From NCBI RefSeq assembly GCF_050873065.1, contig NZ_JBNMIC010000005.1:18276-82275 (forward strand): 64,000 nt of DNA. The letters run 5' to 3'. Below the pieces are notes generated by a model. It worked only from the letters and a program-made list of their open reading frames with translations. It did not search any database and had not been told where the DNA came from. This DNA is from Brotaphodocola sp. GTDB taxonomy: Bacteria > Bacillota > Clostridia > Lachnospirales > Lachnospiraceae. Position 1 is the first letter of the stretch. The number at the start of each line of letters is the position of its first letter. Below, one piece after another: positions 52,374 to 62,519 of the stretch. The position numbers were made by a program, and so were the translations under genes.

Positions 52374-52402
52374 TTGCATAAAGTACGCCATGATGTTATA
52401 AT
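52374..52402 (+). promoter_or_regulatory. Internal promoter for rpmJ-rpsM-rpsK-rpsD-rpoA-rplQ
   Basis: TTGCAT-17 bp-TATAAT with A-rich UP element. Confidence 0.75.
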
Positions 52403-52489
52403 GTCATGGCGACTTTGTTGAGATGCCGGGACAAGTGCGTCCGTGAGGGAACACTTTCCGGGGCTTATTCAGTAGAAAGGAGATTTGCC

Positions 52490-52603
52490 ATGAAGGTGAG
52501 ATCGTCGGTAAAACCGATTTGCGAAAAGTGCAAAATCATCAAGCGCAAAGGCAGTATCAGAGTAATCTGTGAGAATCCTAAGCACAAGCAGAGACAAGGT
52601 TAA
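52490..52603 (+). CDS. rpmJ: 50S ribosomal protein L36 (zinc-ribbon type)
   Basis: [14 protein letters not shown]...C..PKHKQRQG; AAAGGAG RBS. Confidence 0.98.
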   Translation: MKVRSSVKPICEKCKIIKRKGSIRVICENPKHKQRQG

Positions 52604-52638
52604 TAGACAATATATGTAATAGGAGGTGTACGACGCAA

Positions 52639-53007
52639 ATGGCTCGTATTTCAGGTGTTGACTTACCAAGAGAAAAACGTGTGGAAATCGGCTTGACTTA
52701 CATCTACGGAATCGGCAGAACCAGTTCTAACCGTATTCTTGCAGCTGCAGGTGTTAATCCGGACACTCGTGTTAAAGATCTGACTGATGACGAAGTAAAG
52801 AAGCTCGCAGCAGTTATCGCTGAGACTCAGACTGTAGAGGGTGACCTTCGCAGAGAGATCGCTATGAACATCAAGAGACTCCAGGAGATCGGATGCTATC
52901 GTGGAATCCGTCACAGAAAGGGTCTGCCGGTTCGTGGTCAGAAGACAAAGACCAACGCAAGAACTCGTAAGGGTCCGCGTAAGACCGTTGCAAACAAGAA
53001 GAAATAA
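52639..53007 (+). CDS. rpsM: 30S ribosomal protein S13
   Basis: [20 protein letters not shown]. Confidence 0.99.
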   Translation: MARISGVDLPREKRVEIGLTYIYGIGRTSSNRILAAAGVNPDTRVKDLTDDEVKKLAAVIAETQTVEGDLRREIAMNIKRLQEIGCYRGIRHRKGLPVRGQKTKTNARTRKGPRKTVANKKK

Positions 53008-53098
53008 TTAGTTTCAAGAAACAAGTAGTAGAATCAGGTTGCATGTTTTAAAAACAGGAAACAGGATTCGAGATGAAAGGAAAGTAGGTTAGTTTAAA

Positions 53099-53500
53099 AT
53101 GGCTAAAAAAGTGTCCACTACTAAAAAAGTGACAAAAAAGCGTGTAAAGAAAAACGTTGAACGCGGACAGGCACATATCCAGAGCTCTTTTAACAATACG
53201 ATCGTTACCTTAACCGATGCACAGGGTAATGCATTGTCTTGGGCAAGTGCCGGTGGTCTGGGATTTAGAGGTTCAAGGAAATCTACTCCATATGCAGCTC
53301 AGATGGCTGCAGAGACTGCTGCCAAAGCAGCTATCGTACATGGTTTAAAGTCTGTTGACGTTATGGTTAAAGGACCTGGTTCAGGCCGTGAAGCAGCAAT
53401 CCGCGCACTTTCTGCATGCGGTATTGAAGTAACTAGCATTAAGGACGTAACCCCGGTTCCGCACAACGGTTGCCGTCCGCCAAAGCGTAGAAGAGTTTAA
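53099..53500 (+). CDS. rpsK: 30S ribosomal protein S11
   Basis: SFNNTI, STPYAAQ, PHNGCRP. Confidence 0.99.
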   Translation: MAKKVSTTKKVTKKRVKKNVERGQAHIQSSFNNTIVTLTDAQGNALSWASAGGLGFRGSRKSTPYAAQMAAETAAKAAIVHGLKSVDVMVKGPGSGREAAIRALSACGIEVTSIKDVTPVPHNGCRPPKRRRV

Positions 53501-53518
53501 TCTTAGGAGGTACGAAAA

Positions 53519-54112
53519 GTGGCAGTAGATAGAGTTCCTGTTCTTAAAAGATGTAGATCTCTTGGTCTGGATCCGATTTATTTAGGAATTGATAAGAAGT
53601 CAAACAGAGAGTTAAAGAGAGCCAACAGAAAAGTTAGCGAGTACGGCCTGCAGCTGCGCGAGAAGCAGAAGGCAAAGTTCATCTATGGTGTTCTTGAGAA
53701 GCCGTTCCGCAACTACTACACCAGAGCTGAGAAGATGGAAGGTCAGACCGGTGAGAACATGATGATCCTTCTGGAGAGAAGACTGGACAACGTTGTATTC
53801 CGTATGGGATTCGGCCGCACCAGACGTGAGACCAGACAGATCGTTGATCACAAGCACGTACTTGTTAACGGCAAGTGCGTAAACATTCCGTCCTACCTGG
53901 TAAAGGCTGGCGACGTAATCGAGATCAAAGAGAAGGTTAAGTCCTCTCAGAGATACAAAGACATCCTGGAAGTAACTGCAGGACGTCTGGTTCCGGCCTG
54001 GATCGAGGTTGACCAGGAGAACCTGCGCGGTACCGTTAAGGAACTGCCGAACAGAGAAGAGATTGATGTTCCGGTAAACGAGATGCTTATCGTCGAGCTG
54101 TACTCCAAGTAA
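53519..54112 (+). CDS. rpsD: 30S ribosomal protein S4
   Basis: [29 protein letters not shown]. Confidence 0.98.
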   Translation: MAVDRVPVLKRCRSLGLDPIYLGIDKKSNRELKRANRKVSEYGLQLREKQKAKFIYGVLEKPFRNYYTRAEKMEGQTGENMMILLERRLDNVVFRMGFGRTRRETRQIVDHKHVLVNGKCVNIPSYLVKAGDVIEIKEKVKSSQRYKDILEVTAGRLVPAWIEVDQENLRGTVKELPNREEIDVPVNEMLIVELYSK

Positions 54113-54267
54113 GATGTAAGCGCGTGAGCCTGAATACAGGGCAAAGCCAGGCCGAGAGGTTCTGGCTGTGCTTTGTCTAAAGGGCTTTCTTTTCCAACAT
54201 GGAAAAAGCGACTTTGCGGAATACAGAAATCCCTCGAATCATATACCCAGAAGGAGGGGCTATAATC

Positions 54268-55227
54268 GTGTTCGATTTTGAAAAACCAAACATTGAGATT
54301 GTTGAAATTTCAGATGACAAGAAATATGGCAAGTTTGTAGTTGAACCGCTTGAGAGAGGCTACGGCACCACATTGGGCAACTCCCTGAGAAGGATTATGC
54401 TTTCTTCCTTACCGGGCGCAGCTGTCAGTCAGGTGAAAATCGACGGCGTTTTGCATGAGTTCAGTTCTATTCCTGGCGTAAAGGAAGATGTAACTGAGAT
54501 CATCATGAACATCAAGAGCTTATCTATTAAGAATAACAGCGACAGCAATGAAGTCAAGACCGCATACATTGAGCATGAGGGTGAGGGCGTGATCACTGCT
54601 GCTGATATTCAGGCTGACCCGGATATTGAAATCATGAACCCGGATCAGGTCATCGCAACACTGAGCGGCGGCGCAGATAGCCGGTTCTACATGGAGCTGA
54701 CGATCACCAAGGGCCGTGGTTATGTGAGCGCAGACAAGAACAAGGGTGAGGATCTTCCGATCGGTGTGATCGCAGTAGATTCCATCTACACCCCGGTTGA
54801 GCGTGTCAATATGTCCATCGAGAACACCCGTGTGGGACAGGTTACCGATTACGATAAGCTGACTCTGGATGTTTACACCAATGGAACGCTTGCTCCGGAT
54901 GAGGCTGTCAGCCTTGCGGCTAAGGTGCTCAGCGAGCATCTGAACCTCTTCATCGACCTTTCCGAGAATGCCAAGACCGCTGAGATCATGGTAGAGAAGG
55001 AAGATGACGAGAAGGAAAAGGTTCTGGAAATGAACATTGACGAACTGGAGCTTTCCGTTCGTTCCTACAACTGCTTAAAGCGTGCCGGCATCAACACCGT
55101 GGAGGAGCTGTGCAACAGAACTCCGGAGGATATGATGAAGGTTCGTAACCTGGGAAGAAAGTCCCTTGAGGAAGTTCTTGCCAAGTTGAAAGAGCTGGGA
55201 CTTCAGCTGAATCCTAGCGAGGAATAA
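54268..55227 (+). CDS. rpoA: RNA polymerase alpha subunit
   Basis: GTG start after AGGAGG; [28 protein letters not shown]. Confidence 0.99.
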   Translation: MFDFEKPNIEIVEISDDKKYGKFVVEPLERGYGTTLGNSLRRIMLSSLPGAAVSQVKIDGVLHEFSSIPGVKEDVTEIIMNIKSLSIKNNSDSNEVKTAYIEHEGEGVITAADIQADPDIEIMNPDQVIATLSGGADSRFYMELTITKGRGYVSADKNKGEDLPIGVIAVDSIYTPVERVNMSIENTRVGQVTDYDKLTLDVYTNGTLAPDEAVSLAAKVLSEHLNLFIDLSENAKTAEIMVEKEDDEKEKVLEMNIDELELSVRSYNCLKRAGINTVEELCNRTPEDMMKVRNLGRKSLEEVLAKLKELGLQLNPSEE

Positions 55228-55365
55228 AAAGAACAAAGAATTATGATGTGCCATACCCCGTAAGTCCATAGGGCAGGGGCGGGTACGAAAAATATCTTGG
55301 ATGCTGCGGCCCGGTAAGTCCGATGTGCATGAGGCTGCACTCCACATTATATGGAGGAAAATAAA

Positions 55366-55902
55366 ATGGCAGGTTACAGAAAGCTTGGAAGAACTTCCAA
55401 TCAGAGAAAGGCACTGATCCGCAGCCAGGTTACAGCTCTGCTGTATCATGGAAAGATCGTTACCACTGAGGCAAGAGCAAAGGAGATCCGTAAGGTTGCT
55501 GAGGGTCTGATCGCTCTGGCTGTTAAAGAGAAAGACAACTTCGAGACTGTTACCGTTACCGCTAAGGTTGCTCGCAAGGACGAGAACGGCAAGCGCGTAA
55601 AGGAAGTTGTAAACGGCAAGAAAGTTACCGTTTATGATGAAGTTCAGAAGGAGATCAAGAAGGATAAGCCGTCCAGACTTCACGCTCGTCGTCAGATGCT
55701 GAAGGTTCTGTACGATGTAACTGAGGTTCCGACCGCAGCAGCAGGCAAGAAGAAGAACACCAAGAGTGTTGATCTTCCGGCAAAGCTGTTCGATGAGATC
55801 GCTCCGAAGTACGTTTCCCGTAACGGTGGTTACACCCGTCTGGTAAAGATCGGTCTTCGTCACGGCGATGGCGCTATGGAAGTTCTGCTTGAGCTGGTTT
55901 AA
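55366..55902 (+). CDS. rplQ: 50S ribosomal protein L17, long form with insertions
   Basis: YRKLGR, TTEARAKE, RNGGYTR, GDGA; about 178 aa. Confidence 0.97.
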   Translation: MAGYRKLGRTSNQRKALIRSQVTALLYHGKIVTTEARAKEIRKVAEGLIALAVKEKDNFETVTVTAKVARKDENGKRVKEVVNGKKVTVYDEVQKEIKKDKPSRLHARRQMLKVLYDVTEVPTAAAGKKKNTKSVDLPAKLFDEIAPKYVSRNGGYTRLVKIGLRHGDGAMEVLLELV

Positions 55903-55950
55903 TAGACCGCTTGCATGAAAATCCAAGTGTAGATTTTCGCAGATGAACGT

Positions 55951-55993
55951 GAAAAGCCTGTGTGAGAGAGTATTCTTTCATGCAGGCTTTTTT
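55951..55993 (+). terminator. Terminator of the alpha operon
   Basis: aaaagcctg...caggcttttt. Confidence 0.75.
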
Positions 55994-56232
55994 GTATGAT
56001 AGGAATACATTCCCTTAAAAGTGATGAAAATCCGTGGATAGAGGGCAAAAACTCCTGTATTTTCTTCCAAAATAGGGGAAAAACGGAAAAATGGTATTGG
56101 ATTTTGTCAAAAAAAGTGATAGACTAATGCTAACCTTTGCCTTACGATTTAAGGGCGGAAATCGCACACTTAAAGGCGTGAAAGAAATCACGGTTTTAAT
56201 GAAGTGAAACGTATGTGATGGAAGGAAATAGC

Positions 56233-57429
56233 ATGGACTGGATAAGGAAACATGGAGAGACATTGAGAAATGGATTGATTGGAATCTGCATGGTAGGGAT
56301 TACCGTATTTATCTGGTACAGCGTTGGATTGTACAGGCAGAGGAAGGCAACTGAGGAGATGATTGCGGCGAATCGTGCCAGCCAGACACAGATGAGCCAG
56401 CAGGATGCGTCAGGAAATTCCATTTCCGCTTCCCCGGATTCATCGAATGGGGGAAATGATGGAAGTCTGAACAGCACCGGGAATGCATCGACGGACGATT
56501 CAGGAACTTCAGGTTCTGATCCTTCTGAGGCTGAAGAAGCACAGATGGGAGACTATCTCGTGGACCTCAGTCAGGATACCGTTACCTGGGAGGGAAAGAC
56601 CTACCGGAGAAATACCTACATTCACACAATTCTCTGTCTCGGTATTGACCGCACCGATGATATGGTCGGGACAAGAGAGCCGGGAAAAGCAGGACAGAGT
56701 GATGGTATTTACCTGATTGCCCAGGATACGGTGCGCAACCAGATCAAGATTCTGATGATTCCGAGAGATACGATGACAAGAATTGTCATCACCGATCTGG
56801 ATAACCGTGAGCTTGGAACGCGAGTCGATCATCTGAATACGGCATACGGATATGGAGATGGAGAGAAGCTCAGCTGTGATCTTGCAAAGCGGGCTGTGAC
56901 AAATCTTCTTCAGGGGATTCCGATTGACCGCTATATGGCGGTAGATATTGCAGTGCTATCTAAACTGAACGATGCGGTGGGCGGTGTCACTGTCACAATC
57001 CCGACAGATGGCATGGAGAAGCGCGATCCGGCATTCGTCAAGGGCACTCAGGTTACACTTCACGGAGATCAGGCGGAGGCCTTTATCCGCTATCGTGATA
57101 TTGAGCGCGACAATTCGGCGCTGTTCCGTATGAATCAGCACAAAGAATATATGGAACAATTCTTTCAGGTAGTCAAGCAGAAATCAAAAGAGGACAGTCA
57201 GATTGTGACGGAAATGTTCGATATGATTCAGGATTATATGCAGACGGATATGCCGAAGGATGAGTATATGAAGATTGCGATCGATGTACTTGGGAATGGA
57301 AGTCTTGGAGATGACAATTTCCGCATGATTCCGGGTATTGGCACAGCGACAGATACTTACGATGAATTTCATGCAAATATCCAGCAGATGATCCCGATTC
57401 TTTTACAGATGTTCTACAGGGAAGCATGA
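56233..57429 (+). CDS. LCP (LytR-CpsA-Psr) family protein
   Basis: N-terminal TM, S/D-rich linker, ILCLGID, QSD, IPRDT, HLNTAY, DAVGGVTV, FIRYR. Confidence 0.85.
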   Translation: MDWIRKHGETLRNGLIGICMVGITVFIWYSVGLYRQRKATEEMIAANRASQTQMSQQDASGNSISASPDSSNGGNDGSLNSTGNASTDDSGTSGSDPSEAEEAQMGDYLVDLSQDTVTWEGKTYRRNTYIHTILCLGIDRTDDMVGTREPGKAGQSDGIYLIAQDTVRNQIKILMIPRDTMTRIVITDLDNRELGTRVDHLNTAYGYGDGEKLSCDLAKRAVTNLLQGIPIDRYMAVDIAVLSKLNDAVGGVTVTIPTDGMEKRDPAFVKGTQVTLHGDQAEAFIRYRDIERDNSALFRMNQHKEYMEQFFQVVKQKSKEDSQIVTEMFDMIQDYMQTDMPKDEYMKIAIDVLGNGSLGDDNFRMIPGIGTATDTYDEFHANIQQMIPILLQMFYREA

Positions 57430-57599
57430 CAAAAGCAGGCTTGAGTTTTTGAGAGCGTATGAGCTCCGATCCCAAAGAAGTTTTGACTTGAATAAAAGAA
57501 AAAAGAACAGTAAAATGAATACAGACAAGCAATAATCAGTCGGAATTTTAGACTGTTATTGAAATAAATATCCCATTTATGGGAAGGAAGGTGGAGACA

Positions 57600-58403
57600 A
57601 TGAAAAAGAGAGGTCTGAAATTAGCAGCAGTTGTGATGGCTCTGGCAATGGTACCGGCAGTTGCATTTGCAGCAGGTTCTAAAGTTACGGACAGAGATGA
57701 CAGCAACACTACTTCTACTACGGATAATACATTTTCTGGTGGTACAACCAGTACTGGTAGTGTAACTCAGGGTAATGGTACTGTAACAAATACCACAACC
57801 ACAACTACTACAACCCCGGCTGAGAGCACGAAATCTCAGGGTTCCAATGTTATCACAGCTGGAAATGGAGAGACTGTAAGTGCTACTGCAACAAGCACAC
57901 AGACGACGTCAACTGGTGAGAGCGTAACCACAGGTTCTGCTACGGATGTAACGGCTGTAGATGGTTCCAAGATTACCTATGCAGGAAATGCAACCGTAAC
58001 CGTAGAGAGCAGAGTTGGTGACGAGCTTGTTGGAACGAACGTTAAAGTTCTGAGCGGTACTGAGATCAACACAGCAAATGTCAGCACGGAGCTGAGCACC
58101 CTGCGTCAGGCAGTATCTGCTGGTACTTCTACGGATGCGGCAACCGCTGCTGTAAAGGCAGAGGGTTACCAGTCCACTGGTATTACGGAGAATGTGTTCA
58201 TGACCGATGTCAAGACCAGCACAGAGGTTAGCAGAAACACTGAGTACGGATATGTATGCTCTGGCCTGAAGGCAGATGCCCAGGTAAGAGTTGTATTCGT
58301 AAACAACAATGGTACAACCCAGGTTCTGAATGTAACACGTGTAGGCGATATCCTGTACTTTGTACTTCCGGCATCTGGTCAGATCACCATCTATGTTAAA
58401 TAA
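57600..58403 (+). CDS. Secreted Thr/Ser-rich protein of unknown function
   Basis: Signal peptide ...VPAVAFA; TTTTTTT run; small beta-rich C-terminal domain. Confidence 0.75.
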   Translation: MKKRGLKLAAVVMALAMVPAVAFAAGSKVTDRDDSNTTSTTDNTFSGGTTSTGSVTQGNGTVTNTTTTTTTTPAESTKSQGSNVITAGNGETVSATATSTQTTSTGESVTTGSATDVTAVDGSKITYAGNATVTVESRVGDELVGTNVKVLSGTEINTANVSTELSTLRQAVSAGTSTDAATAAVKAEGYQSTGITENVFMTDVKTSTEVSRNTEYGYVCSGLKADAQVRVVFVNNNGTTQVLNVTRVGDILYFVLPASGQITIYVK

Positions 58404-58487
58404 GAAATCCATGAGAATGGATCTTCAAATCCGAAAGGGAGAAGTTCGATGAGAGCTTCTTCCTTTTTTGCGTTTGATAGGGGAAGT

Positions 58488-58518
58488 GTTGCTGTTTGCG
58501 CGATGCGTGAACAGTAAC
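58488..58518. repeat. Family A solo hairpin
   Basis: gttgctgtttgcgcgatgcgtgaacagtaac matches 13096-13126. Confidence 0.65.
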
Positions 58519-58675
58519 ATGACAGGTTCTCGTCGGAAAAGGGTAAGGATATCGTAAGTTGACTATACAATTTTCTTCCACTATAATAAAATTACAATCA
58601 AAAGACTCAGATGAAAAAATTTTGTGAGGGAAATGAGAGTGTTTTATCTTTATAATAGGAAAGTGGGGGTTGACA

Positions 58676-59986
58676 ATGAAGAAGAGTAATTTACGGGCAT
58701 TGTGCATGAGTGCAATGATCGGTGCTGCGGGAATCACCGGGACAGTGAGCACGGTGGCAAACGTTGGAATGGTGGTTGCGTATGCATCGGATAAGGCGGT
58801 ATCGAAGGTGACACTTAGAGTGGATTCCAAGTTAAAGCCGGGAGATACCCTGCCGTCGATTTCTTATAACAATTCTGGTGAGAATGCGAGCGCGGCTGAC
58901 GGGGAAATTATTGTGACCAATACCTCGGATGCATATTCCATTGTGGATGCGGAGTGGACGACATCAACTTCTAAGGTGATGGAAGTGGGACAGCAGCCGC
59001 AGATGAAACTGACATTGAGTCCGAATTCTGTGGGTGGGGATCAGTATCAGTTTAAGGGGACTTACCGCTCGAGCAATGTCAGCATCCGCAAGGCAGATTT
59101 TGTGAGCGCGAGCAAGAGTGGAGGCAACCTGATTGTCAAAATCAAGGTTCGTGCGGTGGAGGGAGCTTTCTCAGCACCGGACAATGCTTACTGGAAGGAT
59201 AACAGCAAGGGAACTGCGCGCTGGGATGAGCCGGAGGACGGCGGAACCGGCCGCTATGAGGTGGAACTGCGCAGAGGTTCCTCAAAAGTGTATTCCACGG
59301 AGACGAATAATCGCTCTTTCAATTTTTACCCATATATGACAAAGAAGGGTACCTATACGTTCCGTGTGCGCACAATCGCGAAGACGACAAAGGAAAAGGA
59401 TTACGGAGATAAGAGTGACTGGGTTGATTCCGATGAGATGTATCTGGCAGAGGAAGATGTATCGGATGGAAGCGGTCAGGAGAGCGGTGCTGCGATCACT
59501 CCGGGAGGACCGAATGGCTCCTCTTCCCCGAGCGGAAATACGAACGTTGGCTGGCGTCAGTCGGGTGGAAGCTGGTATTTCTATTATCCGGACGGAAGCT
59601 ATCAGAAGAACGGCTGGAGCCAGATTGGTGGAAAATGGTATCTGTTCAACAGCAATGGCCAGATGCTGACGGGTTGGCAGACGGTAAACGGCCAGACATA
59701 TTATCTTGCAGATGATGGTGCGATGCTGACCGGATGGATTTCATGGAGCGGACGCTGGTATTACCTCAACACGACGCCGGATCAGTATCAGGGAGCACTG
59801 GTGAAGGCTCGCTGGTGGACGGTGAACGGCAAGGCCTGCTACCTCGGTGCCGATGGTGCGAGAGCGACCGGATGGACACAGGTGGATGGAAACTGGTATT
59901 ACTTCTATCCGGACAGCGGCGCGAGAGCAGAGAACACCTATGTGGACAGCTTTTATGTGGACCAGAATGGTGTCTGGGTCAAATAA
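58676..59986 (+). CDS. Secreted surface protein: Ig/FN3-like domains plus cell-wall-binding repeats (paralog of 15024)
   Basis: Signal peptide ...VAYA-SDKAV; ARWDEPED..RYEVELRR..YTFRVR; GWSQIGGKWYLF repeats. Confidence 0.8.
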   Translation: MKKSNLRALCMSAMIGAAGITGTVSTVANVGMVVAYASDKAVSKVTLRVDSKLKPGDTLPSISYNNSGENASAADGEIIVTNTSDAYSIVDAEWTTSTSKVMEVGQQPQMKLTLSPNSVGGDQYQFKGTYRSSNVSIRKADFVSASKSGGNLIVKIKVRAVEGAFSAPDNAYWKDNSKGTARWDEPEDGGTGRYEVELRRGSSKVYSTETNNRSFNFYPYMTKKGTYTFRVRTIAKTTKEKDYGDKSDWVDSDEMYLAEEDVSDGSGQESGAAITPGGPNGSSSPSGNTNVGWRQSGGSWYFYYPDGSYQKNGWSQIGGKWYLFNSNGQMLTGWQTVNGQTYYLADDGAMLTGWISWSGRWYYLNTTPDQYQGALVKARWWTVNGKACYLGADGARATGWTQVDGNWYYFYPDSGARAENTYVDSFYVDQNGVWVK

Positions 59987-60076
59987 GAGAGGCTCTGTGA
60001 TTCACAGGATTTTCAAATTTCTTTGTTATGATTATTCCAGAATAAGGGAAAACTGGAGAATCAGAAAGGAAATAGA

Positions 60077-61003
60077 ATGAGACGAGGAGCAGAGACAAGC
60101 AGTAGGGAAGATAGAAGACGAGGTTCGAACAAGGATCATGTGATCAGAGAGACACTTACAAGAATCATTCTGTGCGGAGTGGTGCTTGCAGGATGTGCGG
60201 GAGCGAGTGTCTGGCCGGTTATGCAGGTATATGCGTCTGATAAGGCGGTTGAGACGGTTTATCTTGGGACATCCAAGCATGCATGGTGGGACACGGATAC
60301 CGTCGGCAGATGGAATTCCGTCAGCAAGGCACACGAGTATCAGGTGAAACTCTATCTGGCGGATGATCTTGATCTGGACACGGATGATGAGGATGGCGGA
60401 GCGGTCACGCTCACCGATTCCAAGCTCAATGAGCTGACGCAGGATGCGGAGTGTGTGATGATGAAGCGCACAACCCAGACCAGCTATGATTTCTCTCCGT
60501 ACATGAAAGATCTTTATACGTATGTTTTTGTCGTCCGGGCTGTTCCGAAACTAAGCGAACAGCAGTATGTGAAATCCGGAGACTGGATCGTCTCCCCGAC
60601 AGCAGACTTTAAGGAAAACCAGGTTCAGGGAATCACAGGAGGAAAGTGGCGCAACTACCTCGAGGGAACGAAATATGAGATGGAGGACGGTACGTTTCTT
60701 GCCGGAGGCTGGCAGAGAATTCAGGGAGTCTGGTATCTGTTTGATGAAAATGGATATCGCCTGAGTGGGTGGCAGACGGTGGAGAATATCCGCTATTATC
60801 TGAACGAGGAGAGCGGAATGCTTGCGACCGGGTGGTTTGTCTGGGACGACAACTGGTACTATGCGGATAAGACGGGCGCGGTGCAGACCGGATGGGTCAT
60901 GGATCAGCCGGGAAAATATTATTACCTGAATGAAGACGGCACAATGGCACATGACACGGTTGTGGGCGGATACACGCTTGACAGCAAGGGGCTCCGCCAA
61001 TAA
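60077..61003 (+). CDS. Secreted surface protein: single FN3-like domain plus cell-wall-binding repeats
   Basis: ...QVYA-SDKAV; GRWNSV..EYQVKLY..YVFVVR..SGDW; GWQRIQGVWYLF repeats. Confidence 0.78.
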   Translation: MRRGAETSSREDRRRGSNKDHVIRETLTRIILCGVVLAGCAGASVWPVMQVYASDKAVETVYLGTSKHAWWDTDTVGRWNSVSKAHEYQVKLYLADDLDLDTDDEDGGAVTLTDSKLNELTQDAECVMMKRTTQTSYDFSPYMKDLYTYVFVVRAVPKLSEQQYVKSGDWIVSPTADFKENQVQGITGGKWRNYLEGTKYEMEDGTFLAGGWQRIQGVWYLFDENGYRLSGWQTVENIRYYLNEESGMLATGWFVWDDNWYYADKTGAVQTGWVMDQPGKYYYLNEDGTMAHDTVVGGYTLDSKGLRQ

Positions 61004-61058
61004 TAAATGGAATAGATGGAAGGAAAATCCATTTGATATCGGAGTTCTGATTAATTGA

Positions 61059-61106
61059 GAAAGGCGACAGTCTGACGGAAAATTCGTCAGGCGGTCGCCT
61101 TTTTTA
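61059..61106. terminator. Bidirectional terminator
   Basis: aaaggcgac..ctgacg-gaaaatt-cgtcag..gtcgcctttt. Confidence 0.75.
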
Positions 61107-61209
61107 TCGGCTCTATGTGCTCTATGTCAATTGTCGTGGTGGGTCTCTTTCTTCCTTCAGAATTGCGCAGGGAAGGCATTATAAAGGCATTATGAGGACA
61201 TTACGGACA

Positions 61210-62442
61210 CTACGGTACAAGTCTGGCAAGCTCGGGGAAGAGTCCGAGACTGCGCTTTAAGATCCCTTTCATGAACGCGATCGTGATGCCGTAATTGGTA
61301 AATGGAATTCCGGCGTCGAGGGCGCATTTCTGGCGGTAGAGGACCTCGCGGCCGTTCAGCATGCATCCGCCGCAGTGGATGACCATCCGAAAGGCTGACA
61401 GATCTTCCGGGAAGCCGAGGCCGGAGCTTGTCTCGATCTCAAGAGATTTTCCGGTACATTCTCGAATCCAGCCGGGAATCTTGACGGTTCCGATGTCTCC
61501 GCACTGGCGGTGGTGGGTACAGCCCTCAGAGATCAGGATGCGGTCGCCATCTTTCAGCGTGGAGACTGCGGAGACACCGTGGACTGCCGTTTCCAGAAAA
61601 CCTTTGTAGCGGGCCATCAGGATCGAGTAGGAGGTCAGCGGAATCTCTTCGGGAACAAGGCGGCTCACAAGACCAAATGCCTGACTGTCTGTGATGACCA
61701 TTGCCGGACGGATTCCGCCGCTTTGCAGTTTCATCAGCGTGGCAGCCAGTTCTGTCTCCCGGCAGACGATGGAGACCGCTCCGGCCTCTAAGACCTCGCG
61801 GATCATCATCTGCTGGGGAAGGATCAGGCGCCCCTTTGGTGCAGACTCATCGATCGGGATCACCTGAAGGATGAGATCACCGGGATGTAAGAGATCGCGG
61901 ATGAGAGGGCGCTCCGTTTTTCCGTTTTGGATAAGCCCTGCAATCTGTTCTTTCAGCTTTTCAATCCCGAGGTGTTTCTGAGCGCTGACGCAGAGAAAAC
62001 CGGCATTCGCTGTGGATGAAACCGGGGGCTTTGGACTCTGAAAAGAAGGAAGATCACATTTGTTGAATACGGTGAGAAAGGGAATCTCCTTCTCTTTAAA
62101 GAGATCAAGCAGTTCCTGATCGGCTTTGCCGAGACCTTCCGTGCCGTCCACGATGAGAACGGCGCAGTCGGCGCGGTTTAAGATCTGGCGGGCGCGCTTG
62201 ATGCGCTGCTCGCCGAGACTTCCCTCATCGTCAAATCCGGGAGTGTCAATGATGACGACCGGGCCGAGCGGGAGAAGTTCCATAGATTTTGTCACCGGGT
62301 CGGTCGTCGTCCCCTTTGTATCGGAGACGACAGACATCTGTTGGCCGGTGATCGCGTTGACAATGCTGGATTTTCCGGCATTTCGCCGCCCGAAAAATCC
62401 AATGTGAATCCGCTCAGCGGATGGAGTTGCATTCAATCCCAT
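61210..62442 (-). CDS. hydF: [FeFe]-hydrogenase H-cluster maturation GTPase HydF
   Basis: GRRNAGKS, DTPG, NKCD; EGCTH...HCGGC Fe-S ligands. Confidence 0.95.
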   Translation of the reverse strand: MGLNATPSAERIHIGFFGRRNAGKSSIVNAITGQQMSVVSDTKGTTTDPVTKSMELLPLGPVVIIDTPGFDDEGSLGEQRIKRARQILNRADCAVLIVDGTEGLGKADQELLDLFKEKEIPFLTVFNKCDLPSFQSPKPPVSSTANAGFLCVSAQKHLGIEKLKEQIAGLIQNGKTERPLIRDLLHPGDLILQVIPIDESAPKGRLILPQQMMIREVLEAGAVSIVCRETELAATLMKLQSGGIRPAMVITDSQAFGLVSRLVPEEIPLTSYSILMARYKGFLETAVHGVSAVSTLKDGDRILISEGCTHHRQCGDIGTVKIPGWIRECTGKSLEIETSSGLGFPEDLSAFRMVIHCGGCMLNGREVLYRQKCALDAGIPFTNYGITIAFMKGILKRSLGLFPELARLVP

Positions 62443-62519
62443 AATCGATACCTCTTATTAAACAAATTAAGCAGAAACCAAAGGTTGCTGAAATGTCCGT
62501 TTCACAGTAACCGGGAAGA

